DNA of 64,000 nt from Flaccisagitta enflata (Eukaryota). The DNA lies in assembly GCA_965153355.1 (NCBI GenBank), contig OZ231126.1, positions 48,112,001 through 48,176,000 on the forward strand, in the 5' to 3' direction. Shown piece by piece: positions 34,151-47,300 of the stretch; position 1 is the first letter of the stretch, and each line of letters starts with the position of its first letter. The notes beneath the pieces were generated by a model that worked only from the letters and a program-made list of their open reading frames with translations, had not been told where the DNA came from and did no database searches. A program made the position numbers and the translations under genes.

Positions 34151-37100
34151 TTTGTCTTTCTTTTTGTCTTTCTTTTTGTCTTTCTTTTTGTCTTTCTTTT
34201 TGTCTTTCTTTTTGTCTTTCTTTTTGTCTTTCTTTTTGTCTTTCTTTTTGTCTTTCTCTCCGTCTTTCCCTCCGTCTTTCCCTCCGTCTTTCCCTCCGTC
34301 TTGACTTCTGTCTTGATTTCTGTCTTTCTTTCCCTCTATCTTTCCGTCTTTCTCTCCGTCTTTTTGTCTTTCTTTCTGTCTTTTTTCTGTCTTCCTGTCT
34401 CTTTTTCTTTTCGTCTTTCATTCTGTCTTTCTGTCTCTTTTTCTTCCAAACACCCATTTTGCTCTCACTTTTCTTCCTGTCTTTCTTTGCCTTAGCCTAT
34501 TTTCCTTCTCTTTTTCTTTTTATTCTTTTTCTCGGTCTTTTCTTCTACTACTCTAGTTTCTTGTTTTTTTCTCGTCCCACTTTTCTTTCTATTCTGCAGT
34601 CCTTACTCATTTTCTCAATCTATTCTTTCTTTTTTCCCCTTCCTTCTGCCTGTTCGTTTTCCTTCTTTTTTCCCCTTTTATCCTATTCGGTTTTTGTTAC
34701 CAGTAATGGGGGCTGTCGCCGTGAGGAAAAAAGTCGTAAGCATTACTTTTCACCAAACTTTTGTTTTCAGTCACTGCAAATCTTTTTGTTAGATTAAATC
34801 AAGAGCAAGTGTATATATTGATTGCACTGAAAATCAGAAAAAAACAGGATTGAGCCAAATGAGCTAGATGAGCTACAATGCTCAAAATCACTCTATCAGA
34901 CAATCAGCTATGCTCACTGATATGCTTTCTTATATTTTCACACTTACATCAAAATATTTATTCATTTATTCTATTAAAAATTTGAAAAAACAAAACAAAG
35001 CTAAATGAGCTAAGAGAGCTAGAATACTTAAAAACCTCTTCGCAGGTGAGCAGCTACGCTCACTGACATGCTTTTTTGTATCTGCTTGCTTAAACATGAA
35101 TTAATTTATTTATTCATTTATCACATTCAAAATCAGAAAAAAAGACTGAGCTAAATGAGCTAGACTGCTCAAAAACACCCTCATAGATGAACAGCTATGG
35201 CCAAAAACATGTTTTTTTGTATTTGCATGCTCAAACAAGCGTAAATACACTCTTTTACTGATCATACCCAAAATCATAATAGATAATAAAAATTTCAATT
35301 TGAATTTTTCGTAAATGAATCTTTAAAAAATCATAGCGCAAAAAGTATTTGTCGTAGAACATTCTGCTTGGCGCCAAATGAAAGAGAATTATCAAATTTA
35401 CTTACTCTATCAATTATGGAGGCTTCAATCAGTCAGAAAAGATTCTCAACTTTTTGATAAAAAAATTAAAACCATGTTTCTCTCGAATATGTCCAAAAGT
35501 CGAAGACTGATTTAGAATTTTTTTCCCGATAAATCCTATTCTCATTTTCCGACGATTTCCATCCCCTTTCCCTCCTCGAAGGTCGTCAACTGTCGAGACC
35601 CGATCGCGCAAGAGTACCTGATGGAATGTATCATTCAAGTGTTCCCGGACGAGTTCCACCTGCGCACTCTGAACGTGTTCTTGCACGCCTGCGGCGACTT
35701 GCATCAAGACGTAAACGTGAAAAACATCATCATCGCGCTCATCGACCGGCTGGCGCAGTTCGCCACGCGGGAAGGCGGCTTCGGCATTCCTTCCGAGATC
35801 AAACTCTTCTCCATCTTCTCGGAACAAGTGGCCAAGGTCATTCAAACCCGCGAGGACATGCCGCCGGAAGATGTCGTCTCTCTTCAAGTGTCGCTCATTA
35901 ATCTCGCGCTCCAGTGTTACCCGGACAAGATGGACTACGTGGACAAAGTGCTCGACACGACCGACGAGATATTTGGCAAGCTGGGCATCGAAACGGTCGC
36001 CCACGGAACGCCGGTTTGCAAGGAGATGCTGCGACTCATGAAGATCCCCGTCGACGCCTACAACAACGTCTTGACTGTCTTGGGACTGGAACATTACGCC
36101 CGATTGTTTGGTTACTTCGATTACGAGGCCAGGAAAATTATGTCCGTTTACATCGTATCCAACGTCCTGGAATACGAGACCAAGATTCCCACGCAGGAGG
36201 AAGTGGAAGCTCTGTTGACGCTGGTCTCCACTTTGGTGCAGGTGGAAAACTCGACAAAGACGCTTTTATTGAACCGTTTATCTGCGTTCGATGTATCTTA
36301 TCTGTGTCTGATCTTTTTCTGTGTTTAGTCATCTATCTATTTATTTTTGTCTTATCTTACCATTTAGGGTGAAGTGGGGTAAAATGGGTCACTTTTTCGA
36401 TGATTTTTTTGATATCTCCTAATCTATTATCAAAATGAAGAATTTTATGATTGATTAGAGACAATGTGTGTTTTCTCTGCTACCACAAAAAAGAAAATTG
36501 TCTCGTAGAAATGAGCGAGGGGGCAACCCACCCCCTTTTGAAAACGAGTAGATGAGCCATTTTACCCCATCTAGGTGGGGTAAAATGGGTCACCTACCTT
36601 ATTTTGAAAAATATCGACCACTACTTGATTCCAAGTGGAGAGTTACAACGCATTAATGAAAAATGAGTGACCTAACATATCAATTGAGCAAAAAAATGTA
36701 CATAATGGCAAAAAGTAGAAGGTTTTGTGATAAGTTTTTTGAAAATAACGGTTTAGCATATAATCATTATATTTATATTGTTAAATCTTTAAAAAACTAT
36801 GGAACAAGATGTTTAGGGCGGGAATTAGCTGTATTTCACTTACTCTGACTCATGAGATGGGATAACAAGCATATCTCAGCATTTTGATGAAAATTGCATG
36901 ATTTTAGCATGGTGACCCATTTTACCCCATATTACTAAAAATTAATTTTTAAGCTAACTATACGTAAAAACTGAAAACTATAACTGCCCACGTTTAAGCA
37001 TCCATCCGTAGTATATAGGCAGTGGGTAATTGCTTTCCGCCTCTATTTGGTCTCCATGGAAACCATAAGTTGGTTTTATACCTTGCGACACACAATTTTT

Positions 37101-39359
37101 AGCAATTTACTATTTATTTCACCAATGCATCCAAATATTACAAACAAGGGTCAATTATCTGTCTTGGAGGAGGATATGGCATCCTTTTGCCCAGATCAGA
37201 AGCAAAAATTGCTTCATTTCAACAGATTTTTGCAAAATTTAAAAAAAAGTAAAGTGACCCATTTTACCCCGCTGACCCATTTTACCCCGCTGACCCATTT
37301 TACCCCACTCTACCCTATTGAAATTTGAATCATTCTATTCTTAGTCTTTCTATCTTACTATCTTTATATTTTATCTATCTTGCTATCTTTATATTTTATC
37401 AATTTGATGTACATTTCTGTCACTTTTAAGTCAAGTGCTACTCTACTCTTAAAACCACTTTTTGGTTGATCGGTCCATTGGTTCGTCGGTCCGTTGGTTC
37501 GTCGGTCCGTCAGTTGCTTTAAGGTGCAATATTTTAAAGATGTTTCCTATGTTTTAAAGGTATTTTCAAATATTTAGATTCCAAGGTGATTTAAAACAAT
37601 TTTGTCTGTTTGTCTGTCAGCCTGTCTGTCCGACTTTCATTGAAAGTTCCGACGCACGCGACGTTGGTCTAATGTCATTGTTTCCTCTTTTTCTTACATC
37701 TCAAGGTTTAAATACAGTAGATGTCGTCTAGACTTGGAAATACGGGGGAATTCATTACAGGAAGACAGATGAACCTAAGAGACTGATATTTGGAATATGA
37801 ACTAATAAAAGGATGCTTTGTTGCCCATGGGTGTTGGTTGCTATGGAAACACATTTCCATGTATTCACGCTAAAGTATCAATATTTTGAGAAATTTTTTT
37901 AGGGAACATTGTTTAAAATAAAATTTGCTACAACTTTCCCACAGTATGTTCTGTAAGAATATCCGTCGTTTGGCGGTTGCTAGGGAGCATCACAGGGCTG
38001 TCACACATAGTTACGCTCCCTAGCAACGGCTAAACGAGCGATATTCTTACAGAACATACTGTGGGAAAGTTGTAGCAAATTTTATTTTGAACAATGTTCC
38101 CTCAAAAAATTTCTCAAAATATTGATACTTCAGCATGAATACATGGAAATGTGTTTCCATGGCAACCAACACCCATGGGCAAAAAAACATCCTTTTATTA
38201 GTCTATATTCAAAATATCAATCTCTTAAGTATATTTGTCTTCCTGCAATGAAGTCCCCCGTATTTCTAAGTCTAGACGACATCTACTGTACCATGATCCA
38301 GTGAAGTTTATCGATTCCAGACCCCCATTTTTCAAACGTTTGATTGTTTCGCTCTTTCAACCCCAGGATCAAAGCGATCAACCAAACGAATACGAAATTG
38401 ACGCCGAGGATTTCGCGGAAGAACAAGGCTTGATGGGTCGACTCGTGCACACCATGTCCGCCGATCCCTCCACGCCGGACGTCCAGTACTTGATCCTCAA
38501 CACGGCGAGGAAGCATTTCGGCTCCGGCGGCAACAAGCGCATCAAATTTACCCTGCCGCCGATTATCTTCGCCGCTTACAAATTGGCGTTGCGCTACAGC
38601 GAATTGGCCGGCGAGGACGAGAAGTGGGAAAAGAAAGTCGCCAAAATCTTCCAGTTTTGTCATCAAACCATTTCAGCGTTAATCAAGGCCGAATTAGCGG
38701 AATTGCCGCTCCGCCTGTTCCTACAGGGCGCCGTCGTTTGCGGCCTCATTCCTTTCGAAAATCACGAAACGGTCGCGTACGAGTTTATGTCGCAGGCTTT
38801 TTCCATCTACGAGGAAGAAATCAGCGACTCCAAGGCGCAGCTGGCGGCTATAACGCTCATCATCGGCACGCTGGAAAAGATCGCCTGCTTTTCCGAGGAG
38901 AACCACGAGCCGCTGCGGACGCAGTGCGCGTTGGCGGCGTCCAAGTTGTTGAAGAAGCCGGATCAATGTCGCGGCGTGGCCACCTGTTCGCACCTGTTTT
39001 GGTCCGGCAAAAGGAAAGAAACGCAAGGCGAAGAAACCAAAGACGGCAAGAAGGTTGTGGATTGTCTGAAAAAGGGCCTGAAAATCGCCAATCAATGCAT
39101 GGACGCCACCGTTCAAGTTCAATTGTTTATCGAGCTACTTAACCATTACGTGTTGTTTTACGAGCGAGGCAATGCGGAAGTGACAGTCTCCATGATCAAT
39201 CAGTTGATCGAGAAAATCAGTGAGGAAATTCCCAACTTGGACGGAGGCCCGGATTCCGAGCACATCAACAAACATTTTACCAACACGATCGAATATTTAA
39301 GGAATCGCTCTGAGGCTGCCGACGAGGGCAGACCTAATTACGAGGGTTTGGTATTATAG
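31121..39359 (+). CDS. VPS35: Vacuolar protein sorting-associated protein 35 (retromer subunit), ~813 aa
   Basis: Exons 31121-31609, 33727-34026, 35582-36241, 38367-39359 (all phase 0, GT-AG). Motifs [57 protein letters not shown]. An acceptor at 31094 suggests an unlocated upstream exon. Confidence 0.97.
31840..33330. repeat. 16-19-bp minisatellite (ACCATTCGATCTATCG and variants) in VPS35 intron 1
   Basis: Directly visible tandem array with blocks of sequence variants. Confidence 0.95.
33380..33720. repeat. Pyrimidine-rich (TTCCACTCCCTCTCTCT)n array abutting the VPS35 exon 2 acceptor
   Basis: Directly visible. Confidence 0.9.
34067..34400. repeat. (TTTC)n and derived 12-mer microsatellite in VPS35 intron 2
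   Basis: Directly visible. Confidence 0.9.
36367..37315. mobile_element. TA-flanked non-autonomous TIR element in VPS35 intron 3
   Basis: ta|GGGTGAAGTGGGGTAAAATGGGTCAC ... TGACCCATTTTACCCCACTCTACCC|ta; the motif TGACCCATTTTACCCC recurs subterminally and internally. Confidence 0.8.
37715..38288. mobile_element. Foldback MITE (~574 bp near-palindrome), TA TSD
   Basis: ta|CAGTAGATGTCGTCTAGACTT ... AAGTCTAGACGACATCTACTG|ta; arms pair for ~270 bp around a short loop near 37990-38012. Confidence 0.9.
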
Positions 39360-39945
39360 AGGGATTATTGGACGAGCTGGAGATTATGTAGATGCTCAGA
39401 AATTAAACCGAGACGTCGCGCTTCTTAGAGTCCTTCACAGTCGATGTTGACAAGATTTATGTTTCGATAGTCCATTTTTAAAACTGTCCTTTGGTGATCC
39501 GTTATTGGAAAGAAATATTATTCTTTTTGGATTGATAGTCAAATCGTAATTTATTTAGGTACTACTTCAATTGAATCAAATTTATAGCTTCAAAAACAAA
39601 AGAAACAAAAGCAATCTATCTAGTTTTCATTCAACGCGTGTGGTCCTTTCATCTAGTCAAGGTGCAATCGTTTCTAATCATGTCAACTTTTTCACATTCC
39701 CTTTCCTCGATCTTGCTTTTATTCCTTTAATCGGCCCGTCAATCTATCGCCGTAGATCCTACATAAGATTTCTGAATCTATTTGGGGTCGACACAACCAT
39801 TTTTTTTTGTATTGACTATATTCAACACAATATATTTGTATAACAATAATGAACAATATAATGTCCGACCTCTAAAACAGGTCCTGTGAGTAATGCATGG
39901 TGTTTAAACTGATGGCCACATTGCGAAAGTGATCAAGGACTAACG

Positions 39946-40698
39946 ATGACGGAGCTAAGTGGAAAAGTCGCTGTGGTGACGGGGGCGTCCTCGGGCATCG
40001 GACGGGCTATCGCCACGCATCTGGCCGCCGCCGGTGTTAAAGTCGTACTCGCCGCTCGACGCGCCGAAATGCTCGCCGATTTAAAGCGAGAAATCGAGAC
40101 TGCCGGAGGGGAGGCCGTCGTTGTCGCCACCGACGTCACGGATCTCGCACAAATGCGACATCTCGTCGCCGAAACGGAATCTCATTTCGGTGGCGGCGGC
40201 GTCGATATCCTCGTCAACAACGCCGGCGTCATGTATTACACGTTGATGAAGAATCTCCATCTGGAGGAATGGAATCGTCAAGTGGACATCAACGTCAAAG
40301 GCGTTTTGAATGGAATCGCCTGCGTATTGACCAAAATGATAGAGCGGAAAAGTGGACACATTGTCAACATGTCGTCCAACGCCGCCCGAAAGGGTTTTGA
40401 AGGGTTAGCGGTTTATTCGGGGACGAAATTCTTCATCGAAGGTCTTTGTCAAGGAATGCGCGCCGAGTTGAAAGGTACTGGCGTGCGCGTGACGAACATC
40501 CAACCGGGCGACGTAGCAACGGAACTTCTACAGCATACGACGGACAAAGAGGCGCTGAGTAACGCCAGCGGGGGGCCTGCAGTGGATGTGTTGAAGGCCG
40601 ACGACATCGCGAGAGCCGTAGTTTACGCGCTGAAACAACCTGCCAATGTCGCCGTAAATGAGGTGCTGATTGAACCCACCGACGATCCATGCTTTTAA
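39946..40698 (+). CDS. Classical short-chain dehydrogenase/reductase (YdfG-like), 250 aa, intronless coding region
   Basis: TGASSGIG Rossmann motif, ARR (NADP-type), NNAG, catalytic Ser and YSGTK (YxxxK), PG.V.T motif. Confidence 0.93.
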   Translation: MTELSGKVAVVTGASSGIGRAIATHLAAAGVKVVLAARRAEMLADLKREIETAGGEAVVVATDVTDLAQMRHLVAETESHFGGGGVDILVNNAGVMYYTLMKNLHLEEWNRQVDINVKGVLNGIACVLTKMIERKSGHIVNMSSNAARKGFEGLAVYSGTKFFIEGLCQGMRAELKGTGVRVTNIQPGDVATELLQHTTDKEALSNASGGPAVDVLKADDIARAVVYALKQPANVAVNEVLIEPTDDPCF

Positions 40699-41398
40699 TG
40701 GAAAAAAATTAAAAATCTGAAAGATTTAATTGGAAACTGGTTTAACTGGAAACTGATTGAAATTCTTTCGCTCTAGTCGAAACTCGTATGCTTTCATAGG
40801 CTGATAACCCTACGACCCAAGATACATCCACAGCCTGGGAATGATATGCATTATTTGAAAGAATTGAGACTTTTAGTGGTAAGGCTCGTTAGCCATGTTC
40901 GAGCGTCATCTTAACAAGTGAAATTGTGATAACTTTCGTTTTTTGTTATTTTCTCTTTACCTCTATTTCATTACAGTCATGATTGCACTATAAGTCTTTA
41001 GCCGACCCTTCCCTCTTTTCTGGGAACTACATTCTTTTTATTGAGTATGGACAAAGTTTATAAGGACATGAGACTGAAATTTTGCCAAAAATTAAGGACA
41101 TTTTAAGGACAAAGCCCAGCCTCAGATTTGAAAAAAAAAAATTTACTGGTCCTTAAAACCTGAAAAGTGTAGTGCCATCTTCCGGCTTTCTTGGATTATT
41201 TTAAACATTCCGAGGTTCAAAAACAAAACATTTTTTCAAAGCTATCTTCCATTCTGTGATTTCTCCACGAACGTGTTCTTGCCTTTCGCGTATTGAGAGA
41301 CGTATACTGATTCACCAATAGGATAAGTTGAAACGGGACTGCCGGGGATGTAAACAAAGATCCCAAAGAAGATTGTTTTGGGCAGTTTAAGAGAGACA

Positions 41399-44300
41399 AT
41401 GCGAACTGAATCTTCGTCTTCCAACGGACACGCCCAAGGCGCTAAAATCGACTCGAGAATGGCGGAGCAGCCGCTGAAACGCGTCACCGCCCACAACTGG
41501 GAGACGGAGAAATGCGTGGTATACGACGACGAGACTCTGTCATTTTTCTGGCGCGCCCACACGCTCACGGTTCTCGTTCTCATGTCCTGCGTCTTTATTT
41601 ACGTGGCCGTGTTCGAGGATGTCATCGTCGACACGGAGCTCAATATCAAACGCGCCATCGTCGCCGTCCTTCTCGTCTTCATCCTCATCGGAGTGTTGCA
41701 CGCGCCCGACGGACCTTTCATTCGACCGCACCCCGCCTTGTGGCGCGCCGTTCTTTGCATCAGCATTCTCTACAATCTCGCCTTAATCTTCATCTTTTTC
41801 CAGGTTAGTCTCGTCAGACGTCATCTATCATCTTCTTATTCCGCTCAATCGTCTATTCGTCGTGATTGTTGGTGTTCATCTTGATTGTTGTGTGTTCATC
41901 TTGTTGTAAGATCATTTTAGTTGTCTGTTCATCCTCTCTTATTAGTCTTAACTCATTCCTCTTTTATTCCTCAAGTCTATCTGCTGCCACCCTCACGGTT
42001 TACATACCTGTTTTTCTTCATCTGCTGCCATTCCCGTGCCGGCATGCCGCTGATATCCGTTCAGCCGGCAGCCGTCCCAACCTCCTTTAGTCGGTTGGCT
42101 AATCGCGCGATCAGATTTCATGAGTATTTCCTCCTCTCATTTTGCTCAAACAGAATGTGGACGACGCTCGACATTTTATGAGTTACATTGACCCCGAACT
42201 TGGGAAGGCTCTGCCAGAGCGAAGTTACGCCGAGGACTGCACTTTTTACGACACAAACAGCACTGACCCCTGGCACAATGTCAAATCCAAAATGGACGTC
42301 TTCATATCCGCTCATTTTTTCGGTAGTTTGGAACCAAATTATCGAATGTTCCCGTGACTATCTCCTGTGACTTTCCTCCAGTAGATTACCATTTGCACGA
42401 TTTCCCTGAATTCCAGTCTTCCATCTCCCCTCTTGTCTGCTGGTCTGTACTTACAACGCTTTTGTCCTTGCACAGGATGGTGGCTGAAAGCAATAATGTT
42501 GCGAAGTGTTTGGCTGTGTAACACAATCTCAATCCTTTTCGAAATCCTTGAATACACGTAAGGAGTTAACGGTGAATGAATATCAATTGTTAAAGCACTG
42601 TTTTTGCTTAATCATGAATCAGTTATCTCCTGTACCCAATTTAATTTCACATTTCTTTACAGCTTGGAGCACCAATTGCCTAACTTCGCCGAGTGTTGGT
42701 GGGATCATTGGATTTTTGACGCCTTGATTTGCAACGGCTTAGGTGTGACCTTTTTGAGAATATTAAATTGATCTGTAACTATTATGAGTAGGATATTGCA
42801 ACCAAAAAGATAATAAAAGGACAAAAGCCTTAGGAGCTCTTACTGGGGTTTAATGCGCACCTTCACCACTATCCCTAGAATTGTCAAAATTCCACCCCAA
42901 CCCTTACCAAAGCGCAGCTCAACAGATACTAATCAATACCAATACCTACCTCTCTGCGTCTGTGTTTCATTTTCTCTTCACCTATCTGCCTGTCTTTCTA
43001 ACTAAATTCTGATTGCTTGTCTTTCTGCCTATCTGCTTGTCTTTCTGCCTGCCTTGTTGAATATTCTCCCCCCCCTCCTCTTCGCGGAATAGAATTAAGC
43101 GCTCGTAGATGGGAAAAAAAAATCTAAGGTTATAAAAGATATTTTTTTGAAAGATTACTTTTCAAACGATATTTGATTACTGAAATTTTGACTGAATTTT
43201 CGCTATAGGGTCATTTCAGCACAAATCACACAAACTATAAAACCCAAAAAAATAGATTTGGCTCATTTTTGGTGTACAGATAGCCCATGTGGAGATATGC
43301 AAAAATCCCGAATTTTTTTTTTTCTATGACGTGTATTTTGGATTTTACGGGGGTTTGAAATTTGGGCCCCCGGGGGTACCCCCAAATCTTTGAAAGGCCA
43401 TAACTTGGCCTGTAGTTGAGCTAGAAAGACAATCTTGGTGTCAATCATCTAGTTTTGGACCAAAGAATCTGATACTACAACAAAAATGGTCAAAAAAATT
43501 TTTTTGGGGGGTGATTACCCCTAGGGGTGCTTTACCGGGGTACCCCGGGGTACCTAGTACGGTGAAATTTGAAAAAATTCAAATCAGGCCTGTATATTGT
43601 TCAGTATTCCCCCCCTCGGTCGGGGGGGGGAAATAATCAAAGGGTTTGGAGAAAGGGAAGGAAAAGGAAGGAGGAAAAAAGAGAAAAAAAAGAAAACTTG
43701 GGGAAAATATAACTTTTGGCAGTAAAAAATCATAAAACACGATAAGTTAAACACAATTTAACACTATTTAAACCTTAAACACCCAGTTTTAGTGGTTTAT
43801 GGGGAAGAAAAACATTGATTTGGTAACGCGAAAAAGGCAGGGGGGGGAAAATAATCAAAGGTTATGGAATTATATACACCCCTGATTCAAATTGAAAAAG
43901 AAACTTCATGGTTTTTTGTATCATATTCAAAAGTAAAAAACATGTGTATAGACCTCCTAAATACTGAAAAAAAAAATAATAAAATGGTTTGTCAGGCCAT
44001 TTTTCACATTTTTACCCTTCTCGGGCTATTTTTGGGCGAAAATGAGAAAAATGGCCCGACAAGCCATTTTGTTATTTTTTTTTCAGTATTTAGGAGGTCT
44101 ATACACATGTTTTTTATTTTTGAATATGATACAAAAAACCATGAAGTTTCTTTTTCAATTTGAATTTTTTCAAATATCACCGTACTAGGTACCCCAGGGT
44201 ACCCCGATAAAGCACCCCTAGGGGTAATCACCCCCCAAAAAAATTTTTTTGACCATTTTTGTTGTAGTATCAGATTCTTTGGTCCAAAACTAGATGATTG

Positions 44301-47300
44301 ACACCAAGATTGTCTTTCTAGCTCAACTACAGGCCAAGTTATGGCCTTTCAAAGATTTGGGGGTACCCCCAGGGGCCCTAATTTCAAACTCCCGTAAAAT
44401 CCAAATAACGCGTCATAGAAGAAAAAAAATTCGGGATTTTTGCATATCTCCACATGGGCTATCTGTACGCCAAAAATGAGCCAAATCTATTTTTTTTGGG
44501 TTTTATAGTTTGTGTGATTTGTGCTGAAATGACCCTATATTCATACTCAGTGGGGTAGTAAAAAAATTCTTCGACCAGCCGGGGAAGAGAATCAAAGACG
44601 CACATCCAACGCACACACCATGTCACAGATCGTTCTGTGGAATTACGGGAATGACATTATAAGTAATGGCAAAGCCAGTAACAGAATGACGGCAGTGACA
44701 GCAATGGCATAACGAGTAGTATGTAACGGTACAGGCGTGATCAGGGAGAATGAAAAATCGCTCAACTTTTTACACCTGCCTGCCTGCCTGTCTTTTTGCC
44801 TGTATCTGTATTATCTAGCTTTGTCTGCTCGAGTTTCTTTTAACAGTGTTTTCAAATTTCAACCCACGTCAGGGATATATTTTGGCATGCTGACTTGTGA
44901 ATACCTTAAAATGAAGCCTTACCACTGGCGGGGAATGTGGAACATTCCGTCATATCGTGGCAAGATGAAAAGAATCGTCTCACAGTTCACGCCCTATTGT
45001 TGGGTTCCCTTCGAATGGAAACCTACGCAAAGCTTGGGCCGATGGCTCGCCATTTTAGGCGTCATAGTGTTGGTGAGATGTGGAGAATCAAAAGGCTCAA
45101 TTTACATGAAATCACGTTGATATTATGTAACCGATGAAATTTGGTCACTATAGAATTTCATGTTTTTATTCTATTTGTTTTCCAATCTCCTTTTGCTCTT
45201 ATTCTGACAGTATCTCTTGTGTGAGCTGTGTACGTTTTATTTGAAGTTTATTTTATGGATTCCTCCGGAACATTGGATGAATCCTACGCGTCTCGCTCTT
45301 TATTTGCTCACTGGATCTGTCGCCATGCGTGAGTTTTTCCAGGTGAGTTTTTTTTCAATGTTATCAGTGCTGATTGGGTATGAGGGCGATGAGGGCCATG
45401 AGGCAGATGAGGGGCAAGTCATTGTTTCAAGGGGCCTTGTTTGTTTGTTTGTTTTATTGACGCGTCATAGAAGTCGTCGGGTCCGTTGTCCATTTTAAAG
45501 TGGGCCCTGCTATGATACAAAAGCATTGCTTTTCACCTTTTTTCCTATGTTCAGTTTTTTGACGATCCAAAGTGTACCAAGTTTGGATATCAAAGCTGGA
45601 TCGTCGTTTCCAGTATCCTTGTTGAAGTTCTCATCGTCGTCAAGTTTGACAAGAAAACTATATCGATGCCTCCTCCGACCAATATTTGGTACGCATTTCT
45701 TGAAGCATGTGCAACTTATTTGTAGTGCAATGCAAGCTCAATGACAAAAATCGGTGCTTTTCAATAATTCTATTTGAATTTTACATACAATCACTCATTA
45801 CCAATTTTAATCACTGATTACCAATTTTAATTACTGATTACCAATGTTTATTTCACTGGTTTATTCTTATTAATGTTGTCCATTTCACACATGAATGTCG
45901 ATGATACAATTATAATCATCAATGACAACGATTATATTAAACCGCTCAAAAGCGGATTGTCATATAATTGCTCAATGTCAATGTCTGCTGACGGCAATTT
46001 TAACCCAACTTTTGATATGGCCATGCAGACATTCTTTGGAAATTCTTCTACGCTAGTACAATACTGTCAATACATTACGATGATGTCGATACAAATGACA
46101 AAGAACTACAATTAATGTGGAACATCCTTGAAATGATTAAACATCACACAAAATTTTTGCCGGCTTGGAGAAAGTCGGTTTAAATGAATCATTTATCCGC
46201 GAGCATCATTTTACTGCAAAGGATCGGATCGGAATTTCTATTTTTTTCTTTTTTTATTCATAATTTTATTCCTATCACGAGTTGCAAGGGAAGAACGCTT
46301 GTAAGTCGAGGAGAAATGTATCAACTACCAATGGACACCGCGTGAACCAGGTGAGATAAATACTGACCAATTCCAAGAGTTCAGCGAACAATATTCAAAA
46401 TAAACAAAATGGATATCAACTTAAAAAAGGTGTAATTTGATGATTATTTTAGATAAAAACGACAAAGATGAGGGAGAGAACAATGGCGATGAAGGAGAAC
46501 AACGTTGACGATGAAGGAGAACAACGACAGCGTTGAAGGAGGAGAACGACGGCGATGAAGGAGAAAAACGACAGCAATGAAAGAGGGGAATGACAACAAT
46601 AAAGGAGAAGAACAACAACAATGAAGGAAAAGAACAACAATAACGGAGAAGAACGATGACACTGAAGGAGATTAATGACGACGATGAAGGAGAAGAACGA
46701 CAAAAATGAAGGAGATGAACAACAACAATGACGGAGACGAACGACAACAATGAAGGAGATGAACGACAAGGATGAAGAAGAGGAAAAACAACAATGACGG
46801 AGAAGAAAAACGACAAAGGATGATGATGGGGAAAACATGACAATCAAGGAGAAAGACCATGACAATAAAAGAAAAGAATGACAACAATGAAGGGGAAAAA
46901 CAATGACAATCAAGCAAAAGAATAATGAAGATGAAGGAGAGGAAAAACGACGACTATGGGGAGGAACATTTCAGAAAAAGAACTGGGATGAAGAAGAAGA
47001 ACAATGACAATAGAGAATAAGAACAACAATAGAGAAGAACACAGCCACAATGCAATGAGCAACGACTAGACTAGAAATTTGATATTTGCCTGTTTTTGGT
47101 CAATTTCGTTCCTTTAAAATAATTGTTACATTTGTGTTTCATACATTGATGTTAAAATTAAGAAACTTGGTTTTTTTGAACTTCACATTAGCCAATCCTT
47201 CATCACTGCTCCGAACTGAGGCCTGTACTAGGCGGGTGAGGCTGGGAAAGGTTGGTGAGGCCAGGTTTAGGTCAGTGAGGTCAGGATTAGGTCGGTGATG

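Noticed and set aside
33367-34797. 476-aa ORF
   Set aside because: Only 33727-34026 is coding (VPS35 exon 2); the rest is pyrimidine repeat lacking stops.
35429-39142. Antisense or alternative-frame ORFs overlapping VPS35 exons
   Set aside because: Shadows of GC-rich codon usage; no independent motifs.
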